Assembly (NCBI GenBank): GCA_041687755.1
Contig: JBDNJM010000152.1
Coordinates: 1-40,191 of the forward strand
Reading direction: 5' to 3'
Length of the DNA: 40,191 nucleotides
From: Planctomycetota bacterium
GTDB lineage: Bacteria > Planctomycetota > UBA1135 > GCA-002686595
Numbering within the stretch: the stretch's first letter is position 1; the number at the start of each line of letters is the position of its first letter. Of this stretch, positions 1-9,421 are shown in pieces. Position numbers and translations under genes: made by a program. The notes under the pieces were generated by a model. The model did no database searches. It had not been told where the DNA came from and worked only from the letters and a program-made list of their open reading frames with translations.

Positions 1-105
1 GGGCGAGGCACTCCGCGGATTGCCGAACCCCCGGGGCTGAGCGGAACGCGAAGGGCCCGTGAAGTCGTTCCCCGCGCGGGTCGACTGAGCGGCCAGCCAG
101 TCAGC

Positions 106-552
106 TCAGAGTCGCCACTCAGCGACGCTGCGCGGGGTCTCGTTCAGGCGCAGGCGCACGATCCGAACGCCGCGGCCCGTGAGGTGCGGCTGGGCATCGA
201 GCTCCGCCTGGAGCACCTCCGCGAGCCACGCCGCGATTTGCTCGGCCGTCGTGTTGAACGGGACGACGTGCAGGCGGTTGCCCTCGGCCTCGAGGAACGC
301 GCGCAGGCTCGTGTCGCGCTCGCACACGAGCGTCGCGTGGTCGAGATGCTCCTGGATCCAGGTGTCGCACACGCTGGTGATCTCGCCGAAGTCCAGCACC
401 ATGCCGTGCTCGTTCAGGGCGCCGGCTTCGACGACGACCTCGGCCACGTAGCGGTGCCCGTGGAGGTGCCGGCACTTGGACGTGTAGCCATCGCCGAGGC
501 GGTGGGCCATGTCCCAGTGGAAGGTCTTGGAGGCCGTAATATGGGGGGACAT
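106..552 (-). CDS. queD: 6-carboxy-5,6,7,8-tetrahydropterin synthase / 6-pyruvoyl-tetrahydropterin synthase (QueD/PTPS family)
   Basis: 148 aa ORF with the PTPS/QueD signature C-x4-HGH (CRHLHGHRY) and the conserved E/H catalytic residues. ATG start at 552 and TGA stop verified in the sequence. Confidence 0.8.
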   Translation of the reverse strand: MSPHITASKTFHWDMAHRLGDGYTSKCRHLHGHRYVAEVVVEAGALNEHGMVLDFGEITSVCDTWIQEHLDHATLVCERDTSLRAFLEAEGNRLHVVPFNTTAEQIAAWLAEVLQAELDAQPHLTGRGVRIVRLRLNETPRSVAEWRL

Positions 553-724
553 CGAAGGGTCTTGCTCTGGAGATTGCGGGCGGGGAGGCTACCAGATGAG
601 GAGCTGGCGCCCCGCGATCCGGCCGCTCCAATGGACCGGCCCCTGCCGGGCCCCGCCGCCCGCTCCCGTCAGCAGCTCCCGCCGCCGCTCCCCACAGATG
701 TTCTCCCCACCGAGAGACCCCACC

Positions 725-1483
725 ATGAGCTCGACTGAACGACCCGCTGCCCTCGTGACCGGGGGGGCCGTGCGCCTGGGGCGGGCGATCGCCGTGGCCC
801 TGGCGGAGGCCGGCTACGACATCGCCCTGCACTACGGGCGCTCTACAGAGGCGGCGGTTGAGACCGCTGAGGCGATCCGGGAGCTGGGCGTGGAGTGCGA
901 GCCCTTCGCCCACGACCTGCGCGACGCGGAGGGGCTGGGCGGCTTCCTGGCCCGGGTGCACGAGCGCTTCCCGCGCCTTGCGGCCCTCGTAAACAGCGCC
1001 TCGGGGTACGAGTCGGGCCGCATCGCAGAGACCGACGTGGCGACCTTCGACGCGATGCTGAACGTCAACCTGCGCGCCCCGTTCTTCCTGACCCAGGCGT
1101 TCGCGGCGTCGGTGGAGCGCGGCGCGGTCGTCAACATCGTCGACAACAAGGTCGGCTTCCACCAGTTCGAGTACGCGGCCTACCTGCTGTCCAAGAAGGC
1201 GCTTGAGGCCTTCACGCCGATGGCAGCGCTCGAGTTCGCGCCGACGGTGCGCGTGAACGGTGTCGCACCGGGCGTCGTGCTGCCTGCGAGCGTGCGCAGC
1301 GAGGAGTACGTCCAGTGGCGCATCGAGGGCATCCCCCTGAAAATGCAGGGCGGCGTCGAGCACATTACCGGGGCCGTGCTGTTCTGCCTGCGCAATGCGT
1401 TCCTGACCGGTCAGGTGATCACGGTCGACGGCGGCGAGAACCTGAGCGTCGTGGGGCGCAACGCCGAGAGCTTCGGCCAGTAG
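725..1483 (+). CDS. short-chain dehydrogenase/reductase, pteridine-reductase (FolM/PTR1)-like
   Basis: 252 aa. N-terminal TGGAVRLGRAIA motif matches the pteridine-reductase variant of the SDR Rossmann motif (TGAAxRxG), and YxxxK is present (YLLSKK). ATG at 725 (MSSTERP); the 509 start in the track overlaps queD. Divergent from queD. Confidence 0.7.
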   Translation: MSSTERPAALVTGGAVRLGRAIAVALAEAGYDIALHYGRSTEAAVETAEAIRELGVECEPFAHDLRDAEGLGGFLARVHERFPRLAALVNSASGYESGRIAETDVATFDAMLNVNLRAPFFLTQAFAASVERGAVVNIVDNKVGFHQFEYAAYLLSKKALEAFTPMAALEFAPTVRVNGVAPGVVLPASVRSEEYVQWRIEGIPLKMQGGVEHITGAVLFCLRNAFLTGQVITVDGGENLSVVGRNAESFGQ

Positions 1484-1756
1484 CGGAGCCTCGAGGCATC
1501 CGCCTCCGGCGCCTCGCACTTGGACGCGCCAGCGCCTCCTGTGGGGCACTCCTGCAGATCGGGTCCGGGGCGGCGGACTTGCGCGCCCAGCGATCTAAGC
1601 GCCATCTGGGAAGGGTTCAAGGGCACTGCGCCGAGCGAATCGCGAAGGCGCCTTGCGGCGCAGGCGGAACCGAGGTACCGAGTATGTGGTGTTGCCCGGA
1701 GTCTCGTCCCCGGCAGCGCCCCTCGCGAGACCCTTGGCTCCTTGCCCTTTTTCGTC

Positions 1757-4253
1757 ATGCGTCACACGTCTCTTCGTTGTGCTCCTGCCCGCGCACGGCA
1801 TGCGGTTCTTGCCGCACTTGCCTCGGTCGTGCCGGGGCTTGTCTTCGCCCAAGCGCCCGCAGAGAAGGTCGCCCTGGTCACAGACGCCTCTCCGCTTTCC
1901 AGTTCGAGGGCCGTGGTGTCGATCCCGGCCCAGGGGACGGATCCCGATTTGATTCTTGCCGGTTGCGGCGGAGGCCTTTCAGTCTTGCAGGCTTCCGGTG
2001 CGCTCGGGAGCGAGGGAGACCTCAGTCCCTTCGGTCCGCCCGCGACCTCACGACTCGACCTCGGTGGATTCGTCCGTGATCTCGCCCGGGTCGGCGACGA
2101 CGTGTATGCCGCCGTGAATCGATCAGGTGTCGTCCGGCTGGTTCGCTCGGGCAACACCTGGAGCGAGGACTTCCGCTTCGCCCTCCCCGCGAATGGCCCT
2201 GACGACGCTGAGCAGGCCTTCCGACTCGTCGTGTGGCCCTACACCGTCTCGACTCCCGGGGGCACGGAGACCGGAGTTCGGATCGTCGTCGGCACGAACG
2301 ACGAGCGGGGGGGGGGGCAAGCTGTACCTGCTGGATCCTGACGCAGCGTCTCCCGTCCTCGATTCCGTAGCCGCGCCGGGCGAGGTCTGGTCTCTCGCCG
2401 CCGGTGAGGAGTTGGTCGCCGGAAAGTTCACGGTGCTCGTCGGAACCGCCTGCGCCGGCGTTCATCGCTACGACCTCGACCTGAACGCGGCGGCCTTCCC
2501 GGCGCCGAGCACTCCCAGCCCGACGCCTCTGCTGGGCAAATTCGTGCGCGCGATCGAGATCGAGGATCGCGCGGGCCCTTCCGATCGGGTGTTCTTCGCC
2601 CTGAATGCGGACGGCCTCGGAATGTACGAGTTCGACGCGACCTCGTTCACGGCGCTCGTGCCGGAGTTCCGGCCTGACCTGAACGGAAACGGCATTCCGG
2701 ACGTTCAGCTCTGGAACAGCCTGAGCTTCGATGATTCCTCCAAGCGCCTTATCGCCGGCCTCGGGCCCGCATTCGCAGTGGAGAAGCAGTTCGGGTCGCC
2801 GTCCCGCGAACCCCTCTCTTGCATCGCGCCGGATCCAAAGCCGGAAGATGGAGGCGTCGCCGCATTCAGCGTCGCCGCATTCAGCGTCGCCGCTAACTCA
2901 TTCCTACTCGAGGCGAGCAACACGGTATTTGGTGGAGTGACTGATCGGAAGCAGCCAACTGCTGCATTGCAGTTCCGACCTGTATCTGCGACCGAGTACT
3001 ACATCGATGCCGCTGCGGGCGGTGATGGGGTCTGGTCCTACCACGCGACCGCGGACGTTCTTGGGGCATGGAGCATCGTTCGCGCCGGGATCGGACACGA
3101 ACTCAATCAGTCCGTCAGCCTCACGACGACAGACGAGGTCCTCTTCCTCGACGATCACCTTTACGTATCGAACGAAGATGCTCTGAGTTCCTACGACCGA
3201 ACGGGCCCAACGCCTGCCTCGATGCTGCTGCCGGGGTCGATCCTGAAGGAGGAGTCCACAAACACCTTGACCGGCTTCAGCGGCCCTGAGGCGCGCCTGT
3301 ACTCGAGCGGATTCGGAGCCCTCAGGGTCTACGACCTCGACCCGAGCGCCGCCGTTCCGGTTCCCGGACCGGTGCCTATCGAGCTGGACGGTGGCGGGCG
3401 GGCGTTCGCCACCCGAGCCAACCTCGGGGCTCCGCTCCTGCACAATCCCGTGACCGGGGTTACGGGACCGCGCTGGCTGGCCCGGGTGTTCTACACGTTG
3501 GAGAACTCGATGGGAGCCTCCCTGGGAACGGGGGGGATCCGGGTGATCCACGTCGGTACCGCCACGAACGGGGACGACCCCCAGGTCCAGACCGTGACCG
3601 AGTGGTTGCACCGCGGTCCGTGGCCCGGCACGAGTCAGTTGCTCCCGAACGCGTCGCCTCGGGATGTCGCCTTCAGCGGTGTCGGCAACGGTCAGTACTG
3701 GTACGTGAGCTATGGTCCGCAACCTGCGACGGTCATTCCTGGCACAGGCGGGACCGGGTTCTATCCGGCCGAGACGGGGATAGGTCTCCTGACCCTGCAG
3801 GTGAATGCCAACCCGGGGCGGCCGGTGTCGCTGCAGGTGGTCGATCGCGAACACATCGTGACCTCCGTCGACGACACGGACCCCTGGCGAGTCACCTACG
3901 ATCCGGTCCGGCAAGCGGTCTACGTGGCTTGCTCGAGCCAGGGCTTCGCGGTCTTCGACGCCTCGAACCGTGCCGATCCGTCCCTCATCTACCACCGAGA
4001 CCTGTTCTCCGCCCCGGGTGAGGTCGCGACGGCGTATCAGATCCAGCGGGGGCCCGGTGATCAGCTGGTGATCTCCTACCTCGATCGTGGGTTGCTCGTG
4101 ATCGACGACTGGGACGATCCCCAGTCCAGCTCGACCCTCTACTCCACGCGGTTCCAGGCCATCGGTCTGGTCCCCGACACGAGCGATCCCTCGGGCACGT
4201 CCTTCTTCGTCGCCGATGGCCGAGCTGGGGCCTTGCGCGTCACGTTGCCCTGA
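1757..4253 (+). CDS. secreted beta-propeller repeat protein (LVIVD-like repeats), reading frame broken by a +1 shift at a G11 tract
   Basis: Track ORFs 1520..2341 and 2127..4253 are two halves of one gene joined at the G11 run at 2307-2317. Signal peptide MRHTSLRCAPARARHAVLAALASVVPGLVFAQA starts at ATG 1757. Repeats such as VYVACSSQGFAVFDAS and GLLVIDDWDD resemble LVIVD/propeller blades. Confidence 0.6.
2307..2317 (+). repeat. homopolymeric G11 tract inside a coding region
   Basis: Direct read of acgagc-ggggggggggg-caagctg. A G10 tract would fuse the two frames (..NDERGGG|KLYLLDPD..). Confidence 0.9.
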
Positions 4254-4275
4254 TGGGGCTCCGCCACACCTACTC

Positions 4276-6036
4276 ATGAACATCACGAGACTTCGTCTAG
4301 TGCCCATACTTGCTGTCCTCGTCGCAGTGGTCAGTATCGCGGCACAGGCGGCGGGACAGGACTCCTACTACGTGCAGCATGAGACGGTCCCGCAGGGCGT
4401 CGCAGGGCAAAACGTCGCAGCTCTCGACGATATCGACGGAGACGGAATCCAGGACTACGCCTACACGATGAGGGCGGACAATCTCGACGTGAGGGCGGTT
4501 TCAGGTGCGACGGCATTCCCGCTCTGGAAGGCCTTAATCGACGACAGGTTCCCTTTTCCGTTCCTGACGCCAGGGACCCTTGTGAGCTGCGGCGACTTGG
4601 ATCAAGACGGGTTCTCCGATCTACTTGTCGGAGAGGGGAACACGAACTTCACCGGGGCCGTCGCCGCACTTTCAGGCCTCACGGGAGACGTCCTGTGGAT
4701 CGTTTACGGTGATTCGTTCGAGTTCTTCGGATGGTCCATCGCGGCCATGGACGATATCGATGGCGACGGAATCGATGATTGGGTCACGGGTGGACCCAAG
4801 GCGGACGGCGTCCTTCAGGGGCAGATCGGAAGGGTGTCGATGCGTAGCGGCGCCGATGGCACAGAAATCTATCAGGTTCTTGGTCCTGAACTGAAGAGCC
4901 CGGCCGAGGGTGGAACAGAGTTTGGTCGGTACGTGGGCAACATCGGTGATCAAGACGGGGACCAGATCGATGACTTCGTGGCGATCGGATTCAAGTCGTC
5001 CTCATCGACGACTGGGGAGGAACTGCCACTCTCCGCGGGGATCTTTTCGGGTGTCGATGGGCTCAAGCTCGGGGAGGCTGAAAAGCCGGTTGGAGCGACA
5101 GGGCCAGCTCGTGAGCCGGTCGACCTAGGGGATCTCGATGGCGACGGTCTCTCTGAGTTCGCGGTCACCTTCGGCGGTCCAGCGGATGGCCCAACACCCT
5201 TCAGCGGATTTGTCTCCATTTATCGTGGGGGGGATTTCAATGTGCTGAGGGTCCTGGAAGGCGAGTACGCCTACGAGCGGATCGGTTCGAGGATGGTTGT
5301 TCCCGGAGACCTCGATGGGGACCAGATCGACGACCTGGTTGTCTCCTCGGGTTTCGGCGTCCAAACGCAGCCCCCGCTGTGGGCGGTGCTGCGGGCGTAC
5401 TCCGGGGCGGACTTCGAGCCGTTGTTTACGCGCATTCCTTTGGCGCCGGAGGGTGTGAACCCCGCGGGTTACGGCTCCGACCTCGCCGCGATTGGGGACT
5501 TGACCGGGGATGGCCTGGACGAGGTCCTCGTTGGCGTCGGAACGCTGACAATTATTGTGGACGGCGAACCCTCCTTCAACGCGGTCGGCGGCGTCGAGAT
5601 CCTATCGCCCGTCGACCTGGAGCTGACCGTCAGCCGGCCTCTCATCCCGACGAAGTTCGGGGCGTCGCAGGCGCTCTCGCTGGACTTCGGACCGGACTCG
5701 GCGGGGCGGCCCTACCTAATGCTGCAGAGCCTGGCGGGCACGGAAGTGGTCCTGCTGCTCGACGGTCTCCCGCTGCCGCTGACCCCTGATGCGGCGACGC
5801 TTCTGGGCCTGGAAGGGAAGGGTCTCGCACAGCCGTTCACGGGGACGTTGGACGTAGAGGGCAAGGCGACGGCTGTTGCGCCGGTGCCGCGCTGGAGGCG
5901 GGAGGAGCAGAAGGCCGTGATCGGTACGACGATCTGGCACGTTGCGCTCGCGATCGATCCGGCCGGATTCGTGGCGGAGATCTCCAATGCGAGCCCGATG
6001 ACCTTTAAGCCTCCGGGTCCCGTCTATATGCAGTGA
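4276..6036 (+). CDS. FG-GAP repeat (integrin-alpha-like) secreted protein
   Basis: 586 aa. Signal peptide MNITRLRLVPILAVLVAVVSIAAQA. Repeated D-x-D-G-D-G-x-x-D calcium-binding motifs (DDIDGDGIQD, DLDQDGFSD, DDIDGDGIDD, DLDGDGLSE, DLDGDQIDD) typical of FG-GAP blades. ATG at 4276, TGA at 6034. Confidence 0.75.
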   Translation: MNITRLRLVPILAVLVAVVSIAAQAAGQDSYYVQHETVPQGVAGQNVAALDDIDGDGIQDYAYTMRADNLDVRAVSGATAFPLWKALIDDRFPFPFLTPGTLVSCGDLDQDGFSDLLVGEGNTNFTGAVAALSGLTGDVLWIVYGDSFEFFGWSIAAMDDIDGDGIDDWVTGGPKADGVLQGQIGRVSMRSGADGTEIYQVLGPELKSPAEGGTEFGRYVGNIGDQDGDQIDDFVAIGFKSSSSTTGEELPLSAGIFSGVDGLKLGEAEKPVGATGPAREPVDLGDLDGDGLSEFAVTFGGPADGPTPFSGFVSIYRGGDFNVLRVLEGEYAYERIGSRMVVPGDLDGDQIDDLVVSSGFGVQTQPPLWAVLRAYSGADFEPLFTRIPLAPEGVNPAGYGSDLAAIGDLTGDGLDEVLVGVGTLTIIVDGEPSFNAVGGVEILSPVDLELTVSRPLIPTKFGASQALSLDFGPDSAGRPYLMLQSLAGTEVVLLLDGLPLPLTPDAATLLGLEGKGLAQPFTGTLDVEGKATAVAPVPRWRREEQKAVIGTTIWHVALAIDPAGFVAEISNASPMTFKPPGPVYMQ

Positions 6037-6152
6037 GCAGGGCGAGGCGAGGCCGACCTCGATGGCGGGTCTCGTCCAGCGGCGCATGGAGTCGGTGTGT
6101 CGCACGGACAACGCCGTTCCTCGCGCAACACACCGTTGGGGATCGGCCGGCG

Positions 6153-6848
6153 TTACTTGCCCGGCACGATCAAGTCGTTGGGCGAGCTCTTGTCGGCCCA
6201 GGCCTGGTAAACCGCTTCCGCGACGGCCTCCGGCTCGATCATGCTCGAGCGGTCCCACTCGCCGTCGACGTCGTCGTAGATATTCGTGTTGGTCGGCGGC
6301 GGGTAGACGGTCGTGACCCGGATGTCTTCGCCCTTGATGTCTTCGCGCAGGGCGTCGGAGAAGCCGCGCAGGCCTTCCTTGCTCGCCTGGAACGCGATCT
6401 GTCCGGCGCGGCCCTCGCGGCTTGAGTGGCCGGCGATGTTGAGCACGTGCGGGGCGTCGGACTCGGTCAGGTAGTCGAGGCTCTCAAGGGTCACGAGGAA
6501 CGCGCCGTTGAGGTTGACCTCAATTTGGTTGGCCCAGTCGGCGGGACGCATCTTGTCGAGGGACTTGACCGCGAAAGCGCCCGCGTTGTTCACGAGCACG
6601 TCGATCTTGCCGCCGAGGAAGTCCTTCGCGCGCCAGACGGCGGCCTCGACGGAGCCGTGGTCCACAACGTTCATGTTGGCCGCGAGGGCTGTGCCGCCCG
6701 CAGCCTCGATCTCCCTGACGACGACGTCGAGCTGGTCGCTCGAGCGTGCGGCCACGACGACCTTGGAGCCTTCTTGGGCGAAGCGAAGGGCAATCGCGCG
6801 GCCGATGCCGCGGCTGCCGCCGGTGACGAGGACGCCGGGGGCGCTCAT
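6153..6848 (-). CDS. SDR family NAD(P)-dependent oxidoreductase
   Basis: 231 aa from ATG 6848 (MSAPGVLVTGGSRGIGRAIA = TGxxxGIG Rossmann motif; NNAG; active-site S/Y/K present). The longer track ORF to 7064 has a non-protein-like Arg/Pro-rich N-terminus. Confidence 0.75.
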   Translation of the reverse strand: MSAPGVLVTGGSRGIGRAIALRFAQEGSKVVVAARSSDQLDVVVREIEAAGGTALAANMNVVDHGSVEAAVWRAKDFLGGKIDVLVNNAGAFAVKSLDKMRPADWANQIEVNLNGAFLVTLESLDYLTESDAPHVLNIAGHSSREGRAGQIAFQASKEGLRGFSDALREDIKGEDIRVTTVYPPPTNTNIYDDVDGEWDRSSMIEPEAVAEAVYQAWADKSSPNDLIVPGK

Positions 6849-7119
6849 GGGGAGGGGGGGGCTAGGACTGGAGCGGGGCGCTGGCCGGTGGCCGAGCGCG
6901 GGAAGTGGCGCTGAGTCTAGCCTCCCTCCCACGGCTTGGCCGCCCACTGCCTGTTTCGATCCTGCCGGTCGCCCGGTGGCGGTCCCGTCGCGGGCAGTCG
7001 GAATTGCGGAAGCCGGGTCGATGACCCGGCTTCCTACCCCTCGCTCCGGTGGCGGCCGATCCATCCGCCGGGGCCCCCCCGACTCAGGCGGGGCGCATGA
7101 GGGCCCGCCTCTTCGCCGA

Positions 7120-7899
7120 CTACAGCGAGAGGAGGCTGGTACTGGCCTGGATCGGCACCAGGTTCGCGCAGATGGGAGACCCGGGCAGGCTGGTGGAGAG
7201 ATCGCCGACGGAGAACGGGGGCTTCCCGGGGCAGCCCCAGTAAATGTCGGTCTCGGTCTTGACCAGTTCCCAGCTCAGCGCGGCATTGGTGGGCTCGTCA
7301 AAGCTCATCTGCTCGCAGGCCTCGGACTCAGCCGGGCCGCAGTTCCCGGTCGAGACCCAGCGCTCGTAGTGCCGGCGTTGCTTCCGGACGAACGTGTTGG
7401 TGATCGTCGTGATCACTGCGCCTTCCGATCCGCTCGGGCAGGCTTCGAAGGTCTCCTTGACCTCGGTTTTCTCAACATCCAGGTACTTGAAGTACTCCCC
7501 ACTCTTGGTGAGCGCGCAACAGTCCTCGGGGCAGACGTCGCCGTAGTACACGGTGTAGCGATAAAGGGCCTCCTTGGGCATCAGCTCTTCGGAGACATCG
7601 CCATCGCAGACAATGTTGGGGTTGGACGCAGCCTCGTGAATCGTTGTCCGCTTCGTACGTTGACGGCTCACTTCGTGGACTTCTTCGTAGGCGGTCCCGG
7701 TTTGAGTCGAACTCCCTCCGCAGAACAGCGGCACCTCCCTCAAGAGAATCCTGTCGTCGCTGAACGCGTCATCGCCGTGGAAGTACTCAATCGTGACGAC
7801 GCCAGTCGGTTTGCAGACCTCATCCGGTTTTACTTCCTGTGGCGTAGAAGCCATGGATGCGACGAGAGCGAAGAAAGAAGAGAGAATCGAGGAGAGCAT
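7120..7899 (-). CDS. secreted cysteine-rich protein, unknown family (paralog A)
   Basis: 259 aa from ATG 7899 (signal MLSSILSSFFALVASMA), about 12 Cys. Clear paralog of 8522..9295 (CKPTGVVTIEY/CEPTGVVTSEY, RTKRTTIHEA/RTKRITTHLA, CCALTKSGEYF/CCTLLTEGDSW, C-terminal ..WELVKTE.. to ..SLLSL). Local GC about 58-60%, against about 70% in the flanks. Confidence 0.6.
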   Translation of the reverse strand: MLSSILSSFFALVASMASTPQEVKPDEVCKPTGVVTIEYFHGDDAFSDDRILLREVPLFCGGSSTQTGTAYEEVHEVSRQRTKRTTIHEAASNPNIVCDGDVSEELMPKEALYRYTVYYGDVCPEDCCALTKSGEYFKYLDVEKTEVKETFEACPSGSEGAVITTITNTFVRKQRRHYERWVSTGNCGPAESEACEQMSFDEPTNAALSWELVKTETDIYWGCPGKPPFSVGDLSTSLPGSPICANLVPIQASTSLLSL

Positions 7900-8159
7900 T
7901 GTGTGAGGGGTTGGGTTGGGCGGATTGCGCAAGCAAAGGTGGGCAGAGACGCGGCGGGCTCTCCAGAAGGAGTCGTGTCGGGACAGCCTCGACGGTTCGC
8001 CAAAAGCCTCCGAATTGGGGGCCTTTCGGGCCGCGAGCGGGATCGCTCTCCGGCCAGGAGGAGCACGGGAGGGCGCCCGAGTTGCCGGCCCTCAAACTGG
8101 GCTGGAGACTCGCGCAGAAGGGGCCGGTCCTGCCGTTGGTCGGCGGCCCGACTTCGAAG

Positions 8160-8440
8160 CAAGAAGAGCCCCGTTCTGGCTCTGGCGGCAGTCGGGAGGT
8201 GCCGACCGCAGTCGCGGGCCAAGTCACCGAAAGCAGAGTGTCAGCCGCAATCGGGGGGCAGTCCTCAACGGTCTCGACCTCGGTCTTGACCGGTCCCCAG
8301 GTCATGTCGGTGCAGGGCGACCAAGTGTGCGAGTCCCCGCGTACAGCGGTGAGGTCCTAGTCGCAGTGTCCGATGGCTCCATCCAGCGGGATCTTCCAGA
8401 GTTGCTTCCCGGCGTAGGTCGAGGTCTTTCTCGACCCTGC
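8160..8440 (-). pseudogene. degenerate C-terminal remnant of the same cysteine-rich family
   Basis: Nucleotide and amino-acid similarity to the 3' 300 bp of paralog B (..VKTEVETVEDCPPIAADTLLSVTWPATAVGTS.. vs ..VKTVVEVDEDCPSNTAETLLSLTWPATAVGTS..). The N-terminal two thirds are missing and there is a frameshift relative to paralog B. Confidence 0.4.
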
Positions 8441-8521
8441 CACGACCCTGGGGGCGGGTCTCTCCGGGCCGCACGATCCGCGGGGATTTCTTCCGCGGCC
8501 GGGCTCGCCCCTCGTTGGTTC

Positions 8522-9295
8522 TCAGAGAGAGAGAATGCCGGTGCTGGCCTCGAGCGGCAGCAGGGAAGTGCCGACGGCCGTCGCGGGCCAGGTCAGCGAA
8601 AGCAGAGTCTCAGCCGTGTTCGACGGGCAGTCCTCATCGACCTCGACCACAGTCTTGACCAGTTCCCAGACCGGATCGTCGTTCTTCGGGGCCGAGAAAC
8701 TCATGTCAGCACAGGCGGCAGAGTAGTCCGGGGTGCAGTGGTTAGTCGCAACGTAGATCTGGAAATTCCAGAGCTGCTTCTCAGCGTAGGTCGAGGTCGT
8801 CGTCGTCGTGATTTTGCCCGGTGCGCCGTTGGGACAAGGCTCTTCCGTCTCTGAGATCAGGATCAACTCCTTGTCGGTGAAATGCCAGCTGTCGCCCTCG
8901 GTGAGCAGCGTGCAGCACACGTCAGGGCACGTGTCGGCCGTGTACTTGATGATCTGGTTCAGGAACACCTCGGGATCCTGAACGTCTACGAAGGTGTCCG
9001 TGCAGACGACGCCCGGGCTCGTCGGGGCCAGGTGGGTCGTGATGCGCTTGGTGCGCGTGATGTAGTTCTTGTAGACCTGCTTGGTCCGCTTACCGATCGA
9101 GGTAGGGTTCGGCGGGCAGTACACGTCGAATTTTTCGACCGGTTGGGGTTCGCTGCGAACCACCGCTAGATCGTCCATGTACTCGCTGGTAACGACGCCC
9201 GTGGGCTCGCAGGCGACGATCGGGATCCGCTCATCCGGGGTCTGCGGGGTGGGGATGAGCGCGAGGGCCAGCGAGGCGAGAAGGGACGAGAGCAT
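8522..9295 (-). CDS. secreted cysteine-rich protein, unknown family (paralog B)
   Basis: 257 aa, signal MLSSLLASLALALIPTPQ. Paralog of 7120..7899. Lower GC than the surroundings. Confidence 0.6.
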   Translation of the reverse strand: MLSSLLASLALALIPTPQTPDERIPIVACEPTGVVTSEYMDDLAVVRSEPQPVEKFDVYCPPNPTSIGKRTKQVYKNYITRTKRITTHLAPTSPGVVCTDTFVDVQDPEVFLNQIIKYTADTCPDVCCTLLTEGDSWHFTDKELILISETEEPCPNGAPGKITTTTTSTYAEKQLWNFQIYVATNHCTPDYSAACADMSFSAPKNDDPVWELVKTVVEVDEDCPSNTAETLLSLTWPATAVGTSLLPLEASTGILSL

Positions 9296-9421
9296 GGGAG
9301 CACCGGAGCAGGCGTTGCGAGGGGAGGATGGCCCCAGCTGGCAGGCATACCGCCCCGGGGTTGATGGGAAATCTGCGTCCCCCGGCCTCTCCTGGTTCTC
9401 CGCTTCCGCGAATAGCGCTTT

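Noticed and set aside
119-1549. 476-aa minus-strand ORF overlapping queD and the SDR gene
   Set aside because: Arg/Pro/Gly/Ala-rich with low-complexity composition, antisense to two well-supported genes. A typical spurious long ORF of high-GC DNA.
2904-4307. 467-aa minus-strand ORF antisense to the beta-propeller gene
   Set aside because: Antisense to a gene with signal peptide and repeat structure. Composition is R/G/P/D-rich without domain-like motifs.
7074-7080. C7 homopolymer in the intergenic region upstream of the SDR gene, and the 9-bp direct repeat CCAGTGAGG x2 at 25439-25456
   Set aside because: Short, intergenic, and within the range expected by chance in 70% GC DNA. No functional inference possible.
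6508-8289. 593-aa plus-strand ORF spanning the SDR and Cys-rich gene region
   Set aside because: Overlaps two better-supported minus-strand genes. Low-complexity Arg/Pro/Gly-rich translation.
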